Counted from the first letter of the stretch, positions 45,471-56,208 are shown. The stretch is DNA of 64,000 nt from Firmicutes bacterium HGW-Firmicutes-9 (GCA_002841395.1 PGZM01000001.1:298089-362088), one strand, 5' to 3'. Numbers and translations are program-made. Notes: generated by a model from the letters alone, not told the origin.

Positions 45471-47126
45471 TTACGGGGTGGGAGAGGTGCTCGTCGTTGG
45501 CGTTGTCGTTCCCGGAGAGAGCTCAGGCGTCGGCGTCATCTTGGTCTTGTTGTTCGCCTTGCCGACCGTTGCGGTCATCGCATCGGCACTGTACAGCAGC
45601 TTCAGCGTTTCCTGACCTGCTTTGCCGTCCATCGGGAGGCCGTGATACTCCTGGAAGGTCTGCACCGCTGAAACAGTCGTGCTGCCGTATAGACCGGTAG
45701 CAGCGCCGGTGAGATAGCCAAGCTCGATCAACCGGTTTTGCAGCTTGGTGACGTCCTCAACCAGCTTTGTAATGACCTTTGTCCGATCATCGCCGTCGCC
45801 GCGTGTAAGATAATAGGCCTTTGCCTGATCGCTCATCAGCAGTGTGTAAGTGCCGTTGCCGATGATGCCGTCCCAATCCTGAGAATCGGTGAAGTTCTTC
45901 ACCTGGAAGAGACGGATCGCTGTCTTTGTGGAAGGACCGAACTTATTTGTTACACCGCCTTCGGGCTCTTCCATATAACCAAGCTCGATGAGTCTCTTTT
46001 GAATATCCGGAATCAAGTCGCTAACGGTTCCGATGTTCACAATGTTTTCGGTCAAGGCCGGCAACGCGGGCGTGATGGAAACTTCCTCGGTTGGCGCCGG
46101 TGTGTTGGTCGGTGCAAGAGACGGTGTCGGGGTCGTATCCGTAAGCGAGAGCTGACCGTCATCAGGACGTTCCGTTCGTCCGCTGTTGGGTAGCAACACT
46201 GCCAACAGGATAATGGTGACAAGAACAACCGCGAAAAGACCGCCGAAGATGATTAGTGTCTTGGAAGGCAGCTGTGCAAGGTAAAGCCCGAGCGCATGCA
46301 TGAACTTGCCGAACTTCGTGCGTTTCTTTTTATGCCGCGGACGTTCATACTCATCGTCCTCCAAGTCATCCGCGTATCGGTCTCCACCATCGGGGTAACG
46401 CGTACGCGCGGTTCCGCGGGGCACATACTCTTCGCCGTCCATCATTCGCGTGCGGGATGTGCTGGAGCGCGGAGAAAACTCTTCAACGTCGTCCGGCATG
46501 CGCGTGCGTCCCGTCGCACTGCGCCCCGCATAATTGTAATCCGTCTCGTGCGGGATGCTGGTGCGTCCTGTTGCGCTGCGCGGTGCGTAACCGTAGCCAT
46601 CCTCGCCGGAGGGCATCTGTGTACGCCCGGTGCCGCGCTGGGAATAATCCGTCATCTGCAGACGCGTGGCATACGCGCTGTCAGGATTGTCATAATACTG
46701 TCCGGCAGGTCTGCGCGGCGCATATCCATCCGCAGGCTGCTGTGCATACGGATCAACCGGCTGCTGCGGCGCATAATAGCCCTGGTTGCCCTGGGCGGTT
46801 CCCTGCGGATAGTCGTATCCGTAGTTTTGGTCGATCGGACGCGGGGCATAGGGGTTCTCCGGATCCGGATAACCCTGCTGCACAGTATAACCCCGTTCGT
46901 CATAACCGGGATTTGCAGCGCCAAAATTGGGATCGTAAGGCGCATTGGGGTCGTACTGCTGCGAAGGTGTGCCTCCGTATACCGCCGGATCCTCAGGATA
47001 TCCTTGCGGCGCACCGGAACCCTGTCCGGCCGAGCGGGGGTCTTCGTCATATGGCGGATAACCGTAACCGCCGTCGTGCTGATCCATATGGTTCACGCTC
47101 CTCGTTTGGGAATCGGGTTTGATCAT
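45471..47126 (-). CDS. Membrane-anchored protein with two peptidoglycan-binding (PG_binding_1-like) domains and a disordered Pro/Tyr/Gly/Arg-rich N-terminus
   Basis: LIELGYMEEPEGGVTNKFGPSTKTAIRLFQ and LIELGYLTGAATGLYGSTTVSAVQTFQEYHGLPMDGKAGQETL. Central TM LIIFGGLFAVVLVTIILLAVLL. Confidence 0.8.
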   Translation of the reverse strand: MIKPDSQTRSVNHMDQHDGGYGYPPYDEDPRSAGQGSGAPQGYPEDPAVYGGTPSQQYDPNAPYDPNFGAANPGYDERGYTVQQGYPDPENPYAPRPIDQNYGYDYPQGTAQGNQGYYAPQQPVDPYAQQPADGYAPRRPAGQYYDNPDSAYATRLQMTDYSQRGTGRTQMPSGEDGYGYAPRSATGRTSIPHETDYNYAGRSATGRTRMPDDVEEFSPRSSTSRTRMMDGEEYVPRGTARTRYPDGGDRYADDLEDDEYERPRHKKKRTKFGKFMHALGLYLAQLPSKTLIIFGGLFAVVLVTIILLAVLLPNSGRTERPDDGQLSLTDTTPTPSLAPTNTPAPTEEVSITPALPALTENIVNIGTVSDLIPDIQKRLIELGYMEEPEGGVTNKFGPSTKTAIRLFQVKNFTDSQDWDGIIGNGTYTLLMSDQAKAYYLTRGDGDDRTKVITKLVEDVTKLQNRLIELGYLTGAATGLYGSTTVSAVQTFQEYHGLPMDGKAGQETLKLLYSADAMTATVGKANNKTKMTPTPELSPGTTTPTTSTSPTP

Positions 47127-47341
47127 AGTATAGTAGTGATTGAATGGCGAATAAATAAACGTAAGTCAAAGCATAAAAACAACGCATAGCGCTTTTTGCG
47201 ATACACAAAATAACCGCCATTCCAATGCAACTATAGTTTACCATAATATATAGGGTGCAATGATCGTTGTTATTGTGAAGAATCTATGGATAAATTGTTA
47301 ATCCTTTCACAAGTAACACGCGCAAAGTGGGGGATTTTTTA

Positions 47342-47382
47342 TAAAAAAGGAGTCGAAATGCCGTTTTCAAGCATCCGACTCC
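47342..47382 (-). terminator. Intrinsic terminator after deoC (minus strand)
   Basis: Minus strand: ggagtcg...cgactcc stem followed by ttttttat. Confidence 0.55.
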
Positions 47383-47429
47383 CGCTTTTCTTACGCAATT
47401 AAGTTGTAAATTGTGAACAAGGCTGAGGA

Positions 47430-48071
47430 TTATCCCATAATTGTCTTCGTAGAGCTGCATCCTATGCGCGTAGCGCCTGCTTCGATCATCGCAAGTGCTT
47501 GCTCTTTTGTACGGACGCCTCCGCTTGCCTTTACGCCCATGTCGGGACCGACCGTCTTTCTCATCAGGGCGATGTCTTCCACTGTTGCACCGCCAGTGGA
47601 GAAGCCAGTGGAGGTTTTTACGAATGCAGCGCCAGCCGCTTTCGCCGCAAGGCAGGCATTGACTTTTTGTTCGTCCGTCAACAGGCACGTCTCGATGATC
47701 ACCTTGACAATGGCGGGCTTTGCCGCGTTGACGACCGCCGCGATATCCACCTGTACGGCGGCCCAGTCTCCAGATTTTGCAGCGCCGATGTTCATCACCA
47801 TGTCAACTTCTTCTGCACCGTCACGTACTGCGAGAGCGGCTTCCACAGCTTTTGCGCCGCTTGCCATCGCGCCAAGCGGGAACCCGACAACGACACAGGT
47901 TTTCACGCCGCTGCCCGTAAGCTCGCGCGCAACGAGTGAAGTAAAGCTTGCGTTTACGCAAACGCTCGCGGTGTGATACTGCTTTGCCTCTGCGGTAACG
48001 GCGAGGATATCCGCGCTCGTTGCGTCAGCTTTGAGCAGCGTGTGATCCAGATATGTATTCAACGGATTCAT
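47430..48071 (-). CDS. deoC: Deoxyribose-phosphate aldolase (canonical, no encapsulation peptide)
   Basis: [38 protein letters not shown] and [10 protein letters not shown]. 213 aa. Confidence 0.9.
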   Translation of the reverse strand: MNPLNTYLDHTLLKADATSADILAVTAEAKQYHTASVCVNASFTSLVARELTGSGVKTCVVVGFPLGAMASGAKAVEAALAVRDGAEEVDMVMNIGAAKSGDWAAVQVDIAAVVNAAKPAIVKVIIETCLLTDEQKVNACLAAKAAGAAFVKTSTGFSTGGATVEDIALMRKTVGPDMGVKASGGVRTKEQALAMIEAGATRIGCSSTKTIMG

Positions 48072-48616
48072 GCAAAATACCTTTTGAGCAGTCCCTCAAA
48101 CCCTTTGCCGTGTCTTGCTTCGTCGCGCGCCATCTCATGCACTGTGTCATGAATCGCATCGAGATTAAGCTCCTTTGCGCGCTTGGCAAGCTGTGTTTTC
48201 CCGTCGCAAGCGCCAAACTCGGCTGCTGCGCGCAGTTCAAGATTCTTCTTTGTCGAGGTGGTGATCACTTCACCCAGCAGCTCTGCAAAGCGGGAGGCGT
48301 GATCCGCCTCTTCAAAGGCGTAGCGCTTGAAGGCCTCGGCTACTTCGGGGTATCCTTCGCGCTCGGCGACGCGCGCCATCGCAAGATACATACCAACTTC
48401 GGTGCATTCGCCAGAGAAATTCATGCGTAGGCCTTCCAAAACTTCTGTGTCAACGCCGGCCGCGATGCCGACCACATGCTCGGCCGCGTAGTGCTTGGCA
48501 TCCTGTGTGATTTCAACGAAGGAATCGCCGGGCGCTTTGCAAACCGGGCAAAAATCGGGAGGGGTTTCACCGGTGTGCACGTACCCGCAAACTGGGCAGC
48601 GGAATTGCTTCATCAT
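48068..48616 (-). CDS. Reverse rubrerythrin (N-terminal rubredoxin-like CxxC pairs + diiron ferritin-like domain)
   Basis: [25 protein letters not shown], then [20 protein letters not shown]...[13 protein letters not shown] at 48616 or 48613 follows AAAGGAG. 4-nt overlap with the deoC start. Confidence 0.8.
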   Translation of the reverse strand: MMKQFRCPVCGYVHTGETPPDFCPVCKAPGDSFVEITQDAKHYAAEHVVGIAAGVDTEVLEGLRMNFSGECTEVGMYLAMARVAEREGYPEVAEAFKRYAFEEADHASRFAELLGEVITTSTKKNLELRAAAEFGACDGKTQLAKRAKELNLDAIHDTVHEMARDEARHGKGFEGLLKRYFA

Positions 48617-48810
48617 TATAATTTGCTCCTTTCGGGGATCAAAAATACATAAATCGTGTGTTGTTACCATGATCGAAAACAGGTCAAGGCACAACACCAG
48701 TATAGCCGCGGGAATGTAAACATTCAATCACAAAAACGAAAAACACTACCAATAAGGGGCTAATTTTGCTATACTGCAAGGCGATGAACACTCAAAAATG
48801 GGAGACTGGA

Positions 48811-50262
48811 ATGAAACGACTTCTCAGCATATTGCTGGTTTTGACAATTCTTACCATTCCCGCGATTGCGCTTGCGGACTTTGACTACGACTCGATTCCG
48901 ACGCCGAACATGCTGGTTGTGGACGGTAACGATACGAGCGTTGTGTTCTATGAACGCAATGCGGATCAACGTGTGTTTCCCGCCAGCACGACCAAAATTA
49001 TGACCGCTCTGGTTGCCCTGGAGAATGGCAACCTTGACGACACACTCACGGTCGGCGACGAGGTGCTCGGTACGACGATCAAGTTTACGGAGCTTTCTTC
49101 TCTGATGGGGATCAAGCCCGGCGAAACGCTGACATTGCGGGATCTTGTTTATGGACTGATGCTGGTATCCGGAAACGATGCGGGCGAAGCGATTGCCAAA
49201 TATGTCGGCGGTTCTGTCGACGGGTTCGTTGCGTTGATGAACCAAAAGGCGCAACAAATCGGCATGAACGGCACGCATTACACCAATCCGCATGGCGTAC
49301 ACGACGACGATCACTACACTACCGCGCGCGATATGGCGAAGCTCATGGCATATGCGCTGTCCATAGACGAGTTTGTAAAGATCGCTGAAACCAGAACCTA
49401 TACCGTGCCAGCAAACAGCGTTCGTCCCACGGAGCTTGTGCTACTCAACACAGACCGCATGTTGAACGCCGTTCCCGGCGATCCGGTGAATACGGTATAT
49501 CCCTATGCCATCTGTGGCAAAACGGGCGACACACCCATGGCAGGAAAGTGCTTTGTGGTTGCAGCGGAAAAGGACGGCGCGCGCGTCATCATCACCATGT
49601 TCGGTGACAAGGCGGATCTCTATAACGGTGATACCATTACGACAAACCTCGCTCGTTTCGTGAATGCCGCCGCGATATTTGATCATGTGTTTGCTAACAA
49701 TTTTGCCACCGTGACAGCGGCGGAGCTCGGTCTGCAAAAGACGTTTTCAACCGGCGTGGTGAATGCCAATGCTGCGGATTTGCAGGACGGCCAACTGACC
49801 ATGAGCGCGCAGATCGAAAACTTGACCATCCGCACGTCGAATGATAAGGTGAACAACATCAAAGCAAATGCAGGCGCGATCACGGCAAACGTGGTGTTGA
49901 CCACCGATGCGCAAGCCCCGATTACCGCCGGACAGACGATGGGCGTTGTGGAGTATAAGCTCGGCGAAGACGTGATCTGCAAGGCGGATCTGATCGCAGA
50001 TTTTGCGGTGAGCGCGGCTTCCGGCGAGGTATCTTCACCGGATGAGACCGCGATTGTGACCGAGGGTCCGGACGGAACCGCGCTGATCGACAAAGGTCGC
50101 AAGGACTGGAGCGCGTCGGATACGCTGACGCTGACGTTTGTGCTATTGGCGATCCTGCTTGTTGCGTTGATTGTGACGTTCGTTCTTTCAGAACGCAAGC
50201 GCCGTTATGAGCGCAAACGCCGCGCAAGAGCAAAACAGCGCAGACAGCAGTATTACGAATAA
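48811..50262 (+). CDS. Serine-type D-Ala-D-Ala carboxypeptidase (PBP5/DacB-like) with C-terminal TM anchor
   Basis: ATG at 48811. SxxK motif PASTTKIMT and SxN motif VSGNDAGEA. C-terminal TM plus an Arg/Lys tail. Confidence 0.85.
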   Translation: MKRLLSILLVLTILTIPAIALADFDYDSIPTPNMLVVDGNDTSVVFYERNADQRVFPASTTKIMTALVALENGNLDDTLTVGDEVLGTTIKFTELSSLMGIKPGETLTLRDLVYGLMLVSGNDAGEAIAKYVGGSVDGFVALMNQKAQQIGMNGTHYTNPHGVHDDDHYTTARDMAKLMAYALSIDEFVKIAETRTYTVPANSVRPTELVLLNTDRMLNAVPGDPVNTVYPYAICGKTGDTPMAGKCFVVAAEKDGARVIITMFGDKADLYNGDTITTNLARFVNAAAIFDHVFANNFATVTAAELGLQKTFSTGVVNANAADLQDGQLTMSAQIENLTIRTSNDKVNNIKANAGAITANVVLTTDAQAPITAGQTMGVVEYKLGEDVICKADLIADFAVSAASGEVSSPDETAIVTEGPDGTALIDKGRKDWSASDTLTLTFVLLAILLVALIVTFVLSERKRRYERKRRARAKQRRQQYYE

Positions 50263-50277
50263 GATTTGGAAGAAACA

Positions 50278-50308
50278 AAAGCCGCTGCAATATTGCAGCG
50301 GCTTTTTT
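50278..50308. terminator. Bidirectional terminator
   Basis: aaagccgctgcaat/attgcagcggcttt palindrome followed by ttttt. Confidence 0.75.
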
Positions 50309-50326
50309 GATGTTGGGAGTGATTGG

Positions 50327-51136
50327 TCAGATACCAAGTGTCTGCTTTAGGAAGTGCGCAACGCAGCTCTGGTTGTTGTCGACGTCGAGCACGATGCGGG
50401 CGGCGGACTTTACTTCGTCAATCGCGTTGGCTGGCGCGGCGCCGATGTCGGCGAGCGCGACCATCTCCAGATCGTTGTTGAAGTCCCCGATGGCAAGGAT
50501 CGTCTTTGCGTCTTTGCAGCGCGATCTGGTGTCTCCCAGCGCGATACCCTTGTTCACACCGTTGGCAACAAACTCCAGATACCAGTCGCATGTGCGGAAT
50601 ACCGAGAAATGCTCGATGCCCTCCACCTGCATGACCGCCTCATAGATCGCGTCCAGATTCGGTGACGTATGCGCAATCAGTAGCTTGAGTGCGGGTTCGG
50701 GAATCTCTTCCAACGGAAGTTTGGTCACGGGAAACTTTTCCATAACGGAATAGGGATCGTCCCGCTGATCCGGGTTGGTTTCGTAAATTTCATGACCCGA
50801 AAAAACTTGAATGCAGGCATCCGCGCGGACGGAGAGCACGCATTTGACAATGCGCTCCATGATCTCGCGGTCGACGGTATGCGTCGCGAGATATTCCCCG
50901 CGGGAAAGATCGTAAAGCCCTGCGCCATTGAGCAGAATGCAAGGCGCGTTCACGGGAAGATCGCGCTCGATTGCGCCGATAATCTTTGGCGCGCGTCCTG
51001 TCGCGACGCCGAACCGGCCGCCCTCGCGGACAAAGGTTTCGATGGCAAGGCGGTTCGCTTCCGAGACGCGCTTGTCGTCGTCAAACAGCGTTCCATCCAG
51101 ATCAGAGTAGAGATAATAGCCTTCAAAGGCGCCCAT
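50327..51136 (-). CDS. Cof-type HAD-IIB phosphatase
   Basis: ATG at 51136 follows GGAGG. YSDLDGTLFDD (DxDGT nucleophile motif) and IGDFNNDLEM. Confidence 0.8.
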   Translation of the reverse strand: MGAFEGYYLYSDLDGTLFDDDKRVSEANRLAIETFVREGGRFGVATGRAPKIIGAIERDLPVNAPCILLNGAGLYDLSRGEYLATHTVDREIMERIVKCVLSVRADACIQVFSGHEIYETNPDQRDDPYSVMEKFPVTKLPLEEIPEPALKLLIAHTSPNLDAIYEAVMQVEGIEHFSVFRTCDWYLEFVANGVNKGIALGDTRSRCKDAKTILAIGDFNNDLEMVALADIGAAPANAIDEVKSAARIVLDVDNNQSCVAHFLKQTLGI

Positions 51137-51415
51137 GTAGCCTCCAATATGTGTCAAAGCTGCCCCCTTGAGGGCGGCACAATTGCGTCTATTCTAAACG
51201 AGACGTGCAGAAAACGCAACCGTTTCGTGCATTCAGGCGATTATTTTACCGGAATCGGATGGAATTCTGATGCTTCTATAAGATTGATGAAACCACGCGT
51301 GACTTGAAAAAAATCGGGTACGCGAGTATACTGAGGAACGTGACACCACATGCGGTTCAGTAGGCAACAGGCGTTGTGTCGAAGCCCAGAAACAATCGTT
51401 TCGGAGGATGTGTGC

Positions 51416-52363
51416 ATGAGCGAACGGATCAATCCCAGGGTCGTCGGCGTTGGCGCCGCCAACGTGGATGTGCACGGGCAGAGCCGCAAAGCCATCATCA
51501 TGCGGGATAGCAATCCCGGATATATGGCGACCTCGGTCGGCGGGGTGACGCGCAACATTCTCGAAAACCTCGCGCGGCAGGGTCTGCCCGTTGCGTTGCT
51601 TTCCGCCTCGGGAGACGATCTCTACGGCGAGAAGATTGTGCGGGACAGTACAGCAGCCGGCATCGACATGTCGCACGTACTGATCAAGTCTGGCGCGGCG
51701 TCATCGAGCTATATCGCGATTCTCGATGAACGCGGCGATATGCTGCTCGGCATGTCGGATATGCGCATCATCGAGGATCTACCGACTTCGTATCTCGACG
51801 CGAACGCAGACCTCTTGCAGAATGCAGAGGCGATCGTTTGCGACGCATGTTTGCCCGTACAGCTGCTTGATTATTTAATCTCGGTCACAGCGGGTAAAAC
51901 GCCCGTGCTGATCGATCCTGTTTCGACCGCTTATGCGCGGCAGATGGAGCCGATCGTTGGCAAGTTTTACGCGATCAAACCCAACGAGATGGAGTTGAGC
52001 ATCCTTTCAGGGCTGCCTGCGGAAACAGAGCCGCAGATCGAGCGCGCATGCGAAGCACTGCTAAACCGCGGGGTACAGCGCATCGCGGTCAGCCGCGGAG
52101 AAAAGGGCTGTTACTATGCTGACAGCATGGGAAACCGACTCTATCGTGCGCTGCGGCCCGTTTCGCAGATGGTGAACGCGACGGGAGCCGGAGACGCATT
52201 TATGGCGGGATTTACCCATGCGCTGGTGAATCGGCTTGCGGTAGAGGATATGCTTGACTACGCGCTGGCATCAGGGATTACCGCGATTCAAAGTATGACG
52301 ACGATCAACCCGGATATGAGCGATGCGCTCGTTCGGGAAAACCGGAATCGATATCGACTGTAA
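51416..52363 (+). CDS. psuK: PfkB-family carbohydrate kinase, probable pseudouridine kinase
   Basis: ATG at 51416 follows GGAGG. VGVGAANVDVHG and NATGAGDAFMAG (PfkB signature). Immediately upstream of psuG. Confidence 0.7.
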   Translation: MSERINPRVVGVGAANVDVHGQSRKAIIMRDSNPGYMATSVGGVTRNILENLARQGLPVALLSASGDDLYGEKIVRDSTAAGIDMSHVLIKSGAASSSYIAILDERGDMLLGMSDMRIIEDLPTSYLDANADLLQNAEAIVCDACLPVQLLDYLISVTAGKTPVLIDPVSTAYARQMEPIVGKFYAIKPNEMELSILSGLPAETEPQIERACEALLNRGVQRIAVSRGEKGCYYADSMGNRLYRALRPVSQMVNATGAGDAFMAGFTHALVNRLAVEDMLDYALASGITAIQSMTTINPDMSDALVRENRNRYRL

Positions 52364-52394
52364 GGACAGAAATTGCCCGAAAGGAGCGAACAGA

Positions 52395-53315
52395 ATGCAG
52401 ATGAAAGATTATTTGGATGTGTTACCGGAGATTCAGGAGGCGCTTGACCACAACAAACCCGTGGTCGCGCTCGAAAGCACGATTTTAAGCCATGGCATGC
52501 CGTATCCGGAAAACGTGGACTTCGCCGCGGAGGTGGAGAAGGTTGTGCGCGCAGAAGGCGCGATCCCCGCAACGACCGCGCTGATCAACGGCCGGATCAA
52601 GGTCGGCCTCAGCCCCGCGGAGCTGCAGACCATGTGCAAGGCGGAAAACGTCGGCAAGGTCAGCCGCAGAGACATGGCAACCTATCTTGCGATGAAGAAA
52701 AACGGCGCGACCACCGTTGCAACCACCATGATTTGCGCGGCGATGGCGGGCGTGAAGGTGTTTGCAACCGGCGGTATCGGCGGTGTGCATCGCGGCGGCG
52801 AGGTGACGATGGACGTCTCCGCCGACCTGCAGGAGCTCAAGCAAACGCCTGTTGCGGTGGTTTGCGCGGGCGCGAAGCAGATTCTCGACATCGGGCGTAC
52901 GCTGGAATACCTCGAGACCATGGGCGTGCCCGTGCTCGGCAACGGTACAAGCGATTTTCCCGCGTTCTATTGCCGCAAGAGCGGCTACGGCGTGGATTAC
53001 GCCGCCAAAGACGAGGCGGAGATTGCCTCCATCATCAAGACCAAGTGGGAGCTGAATCTGGAAGGCGGCGTGCTGATCGGCAATCCGATTCCGGAGCAGT
53101 ACGCGTTGGACTTCGATGAGATGGAAGCGGTCATCAACAAGGCGCTCGCCGAGGCGGACGAAAAGGGCGTGCGTGGAAAAGAAATCACGCCGTTCCTGCT
53201 TGCGAAGATCAAGGAAATCACAAAGGGCGTGTCCTTTGCCTCCAACGTACAGCTCGCCTATAACAACGCGCGCGTTGCGGCGAAGATTGCAAAAGAACTC
53301 TGCAAGCTCTCGTAA
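52395..53315 (+). CDS. psuG: Pseudouridine-5'-phosphate glycosidase
   Basis: ATG at 52395 follows AAGGAG. VVALESTILSHGMPYPEN and FATGGIGGVHRGGE. Confidence 0.9.
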   Translation: MQMKDYLDVLPEIQEALDHNKPVVALESTILSHGMPYPENVDFAAEVEKVVRAEGAIPATTALINGRIKVGLSPAELQTMCKAENVGKVSRRDMATYLAMKKNGATTVATTMICAAMAGVKVFATGGIGGVHRGGEVTMDVSADLQELKQTPVAVVCAGAKQILDIGRTLEYLETMGVPVLGNGTSDFPAFYCRKSGYGVDYAAKDEAEIASIIKTKWELNLEGGVLIGNPIPEQYALDFDEMEAVINKALAEADEKGVRGKEITPFLLAKIKEITKGVSFASNVQLAYNNARVAAKIAKELCKLS

Positions 53316-53341
53316 CAGATAACACAAAGGGCGTATCAAAC

Positions 53342-53375
53342 AAAACGGGTGCCGCAACTGCGGCACCCGTTTTTG
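53342..53375. terminator. Bidirectional terminator between psuG and lplA
   Basis: acgggtgccgc-aact-gcggcacccgt followed by tttt, with an A-run upstream. Confidence 0.8.
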
Positions 53376-53386
53376 AGTCACTTGCG

Positions 53387-54403
53387 TTATATAATGCAGG
53401 AGAATAACTCGTCCAGCGAGATTTGATAGAAGTAGTCCTGCGCCTGCAACCGACTTAGCGCTTCCCGGATCGTAGTCGGCTCATATCGACAACCGACGAG
53501 GGAAGACGTCAGCTGTTCCAACCCTTCCTTTGCGAAGAAATCGCCGTAGAAATGGATATCCTTGATGCAGCCGCCTTCAACGAAAACATGCGCCGTCAGC
53601 TTTCCGCCGGAGAAGCGGCCCTCCCGCATGACGTTGAACTGCGGGTCGTTGCCGAAGTTCCACGACCACTGATCAAACACAGCCTCGCGAATTTCGATGA
53701 TGCGGCGAATATCGCGCTCCGTGAGCGTATAGGTCTCCATATCCCGCAATAGATGCGAGAGCATGACGTCGCGGAATGCAAGACTCGTCATCTTCTCGGG
53801 CAGATAGTCGGCGATGTTGGTCACGCGCTGGCGAACCGACTGGATGCCTTTTGCGATGATCTTCTCGTCCGCAACGTTTAGCGCGCGAACGAGCGCGTCC
53901 AGATCGGTATCAAAGAGAAGCGATCCATGGTGCAGCACCACATCCCTGCGGATATACTGCGCGTTGCCGGAGAACTTCTTGCCTTCGATGGTCAGATCGT
54001 TTCTGCCGGAGAACTGCGCGTCCACGCCGAGGGAATGCAGCGCGTCCAGTATCGGCTTGGTAAAGTGCGAAAACTCGATTCTGTGCTCGCCAGGGTCGCG
54101 AATGATGAAGGAAAATTGCCATCCATTCGGATCCGTATAGATGGTGCCGCCGCCGGTGACGCGCCGGACGATGTTGACGTTGTGCTCACGCGCATACGCC
54201 ATGTTGATCTCAGCGAGCGTGTTTTGATAGCGCCCGATCATCAGCGTAGGCGTGGTTCTCCAAAATAGAAAATAGGAGGAACCAATGTCGAGTTCTTCCA
54301 TCGCGTATTTTTCGAGCGCAAAATTAAAATTTGCGTCTTCCGCGCTCCAGGCGGGAACATCTTGTGATAGCGTGCTGGGTTCGGGCGGCACAAGATAAAT
54401 CAT
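53387..54403 (-). CDS. lplA: Lipoate-protein ligase A
   Basis: [21 protein letters not shown] and a C-terminal LplA accessory domain. ATGA overlap with lipA. Confidence 0.85.
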   Translation of the reverse strand: MIYLVPPEPSTLSQDVPAWSAEDANFNFALEKYAMEELDIGSSYFLFWRTTPTLMIGRYQNTLAEINMAYAREHNVNIVRRVTGGGTIYTDPNGWQFSFIIRDPGEHRIEFSHFTKPILDALHSLGVDAQFSGRNDLTIEGKKFSGNAQYIRRDVVLHHGSLLFDTDLDALVRALNVADEKIIAKGIQSVRQRVTNIADYLPEKMTSLAFRDVMLSHLLRDMETYTLTERDIRRIIEIREAVFDQWSWNFGNDPQFNVMREGRFSGGKLTAHVFVEGGCIKDIHFYGDFFAKEGLEQLTSSLVGCRYEPTTIREALSRLQAQDYFYQISLDELFSCII

Positions 54404-55260
54404 GTTTTCTCCTCCATATGCGCCATCGCTTCCGCGGCATGATAGGAGCTTCTGACAAACGGGCCGCTCGCGACATAGCGGATGCCCTTTGCCAGCGCGA
54501 GCTCTTTGTATTCATCGAACTGTTCCGGCGTAATGAACGCTGCTACCGGCAGGTGATTTTTGCTCGGCTGGAGGTATTGTCCGATCGTGAGCATATCGCA
54601 ACCGATTTCAGCAAGATCGTCCATGAGCGAGAGCACATCCTCCCGCGTTTCACCGAGACCGACCATAAACCCGGTCTTGCTGTAAAGCCCCGCCTGCTTG
54701 ACGCACTGCAGCAGCTCCAGAGAACGCCGGTAGTTTGCCTGCGGGCGGACGACGGGGTAGAGGGCGGAGACGGTTTCGACATTGTGATTGATGATATCCG
54801 GCTTTGCATTGATCACACACTGAAGCGCGGCTTGATCGCCCTGAAAATCCGGAATCAGCACTTCAATCGTGCTTTGCGGTAATCGTTTACGCAACGCTGT
54901 TATCGTCCGCGCAAAATGCTCCGCGCCGCCGTCAGGCAGATCGTCGCGCGTCACGCTCGTGACCACGATGTGCTTTAATCCCAGCGTCTCAGCTGCTTCG
55001 GCAACGTGTTGCGGTTCGTCCGGATCAAGCGGAAACGGAGCGCCTTTTGCGACCGCGCAATAGCGGCAGCCGCGTGTGCAGACGTCGCCAAGTATCAGGA
55101 AAGTAGCCGTCTTACTCTTAAAACATTCGCTCCGGTTCGGGCAGTTCGCGTCCTCGCAGACCGTATGAAGCGAAAGCGAGCGCAAAAGAGCGGTCATCTT
55201 CCCTTCGGCGACCGGATCAAACTGCTTCTTGAGCCATTGCGGTTTTCGTGTGATCGACAT
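54400..55260 (-). CDS. lipA: Lipoyl synthase
   Basis: [12 protein letters not shown] and radical-SAM [13 protein letters not shown] at 55260 (the track extends to 55299). Confidence 0.9.
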   Translation of the reverse strand: MSITRKPQWLKKQFDPVAEGKMTALLRSLSLHTVCEDANCPNRSECFKSKTATFLILGDVCTRGCRYCAVAKGAPFPLDPDEPQHVAEAAETLGLKHIVVTSVTRDDLPDGGAEHFARTITALRKRLPQSTIEVLIPDFQGDQAALQCVINAKPDIINHNVETVSALYPVVRPQANYRRSLELLQCVKQAGLYSKTGFMVGLGETREDVLSLMDDLAEIGCDMLTIGQYLQPSKNHLPVAAFITPEQFDEYKELALAKGIRYVASGPFVRSSYHAAEAMAHMEEKT

Positions 55261-55336
55261 AAACATTACTCCAGATGAAATTGTTTGCACTGCTAACAAT
55301 ATCGCAAAGAATCTGAAAAAGCAAGCAGAGCAACAA

Positions 55337-55385
55337 TCAAAAAACGGGTCTGAAACGGAGTGTAACCATCCGCCAGACCCGTTTT
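55337..55385 (-). terminator. Intrinsic terminator after the ZIP transporter gene
   Basis: Minus strand: aaaacgggtctg...cagacccgtttt stem followed by a T-run. Confidence 0.65.
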
Positions 55386-55398
55386 AATTCGCTTACGA

Positions 55399-56208
55399 TT
55401 ATCCTAATGCGACGTCGAGCACCATCATCACAAGAAAACCGCCCATCACGCCGAGCGTGCCGACATTGCTGTGCTCGCCCAGGTGCGCCTCAGGGATGAG
55501 TTCCTCCACGACTACATACATCATAGCGCCCGCAGCAAAGGCGAGCATCCAGGGCATGTACGGCGCGATTAACGCAGAAGCGAGCACCGTGAGCAGACCG
55601 AAGATGGGTTCCACGATGCCGCTGAGCATCCCGCTGACAAACGCTTTACTGACCGGCATGCCTTCCTGCCGCAGCGGCAGAGAGATCGCAGCGCCTTCCG
55701 GAAAATTCTGGATGCCGATGCCGAGCGCGAGCGCTATGGCAGGCGCAAACGCGAGGGGAGAGGCTGCGCCATGCTGCGCCGCGAGCGCGAACGCGAGGCC
55801 GACCGCCATACCTTCGGGGATATTATGGAGCGTGACCGCCATGACCAGCAGCGACGTGCGCTTCATATGCGTGCGGGGACCTTCCGCATTTTTGGAACCG
55901 GGGTGAAGATGCGGAATCAATGCGTCGAGGCCCATGAGGAACGCGATGCCAAGGATGAAGCCGAGCGCGGCGGGAATCCAGCCGATCTGACCCGCGGCAG
56001 TGGCTTCCTCAATGGCGGGAATTAAGAGGCTCCAAACCGAGGCCGCGATCATGACGCCCGCGGCAAAGCCCATGAAGATTTTTTGTACACCACCGCTCAT
56101 CTGTTTGCGGAAGAAAAACACCATCGCGGCGCCAAGCGTCGTCATCAAAAACGTAAAGCCGGTGCCAGCAGAAGCGTATAAAAGAGCTCGTCCCATACCG
56201 TTTACCAT
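55399..56208 (-). CDS. zupT: ZIP-family divalent metal transporter (ZupT-like)
   Basis: HNIPEGMAVG and QNFPEGAAIS metal-binding TM motifs. 269 aa, 8 TM. Confidence 0.85.
   Translation of the reverse strand: MVNGMGRALLYASAGTGFTFLMTTLGAAMVFFFRKQMSGGVQKIFMGFAAGVMIAASVWSLLIPAIEEATAAGQIGWIPAALGFILGIAFLMGLDALIPHLHPGSKNAEGPRTHMKRTSLLVMAVTLHNIPEGMAVGLAFALAAQHGAASPLAFAPAIALALGIGIQNFPEGAAISLPLRQEGMPVSKAFVSGMLSGIVEPIFGLLTVLASALIAPYMPWMLAFAAGAMMYVVVEELIPEAHLGEHSNVGTLGVMGGFLVMMVLDVALG

Noticed and set aside
46296-47189. 297-aa and 221-aa plus-strand ORFs
   Set aside because: Antisense to the PG-binding protein gene. Extreme Arg/Ile/Val bias and no start context.
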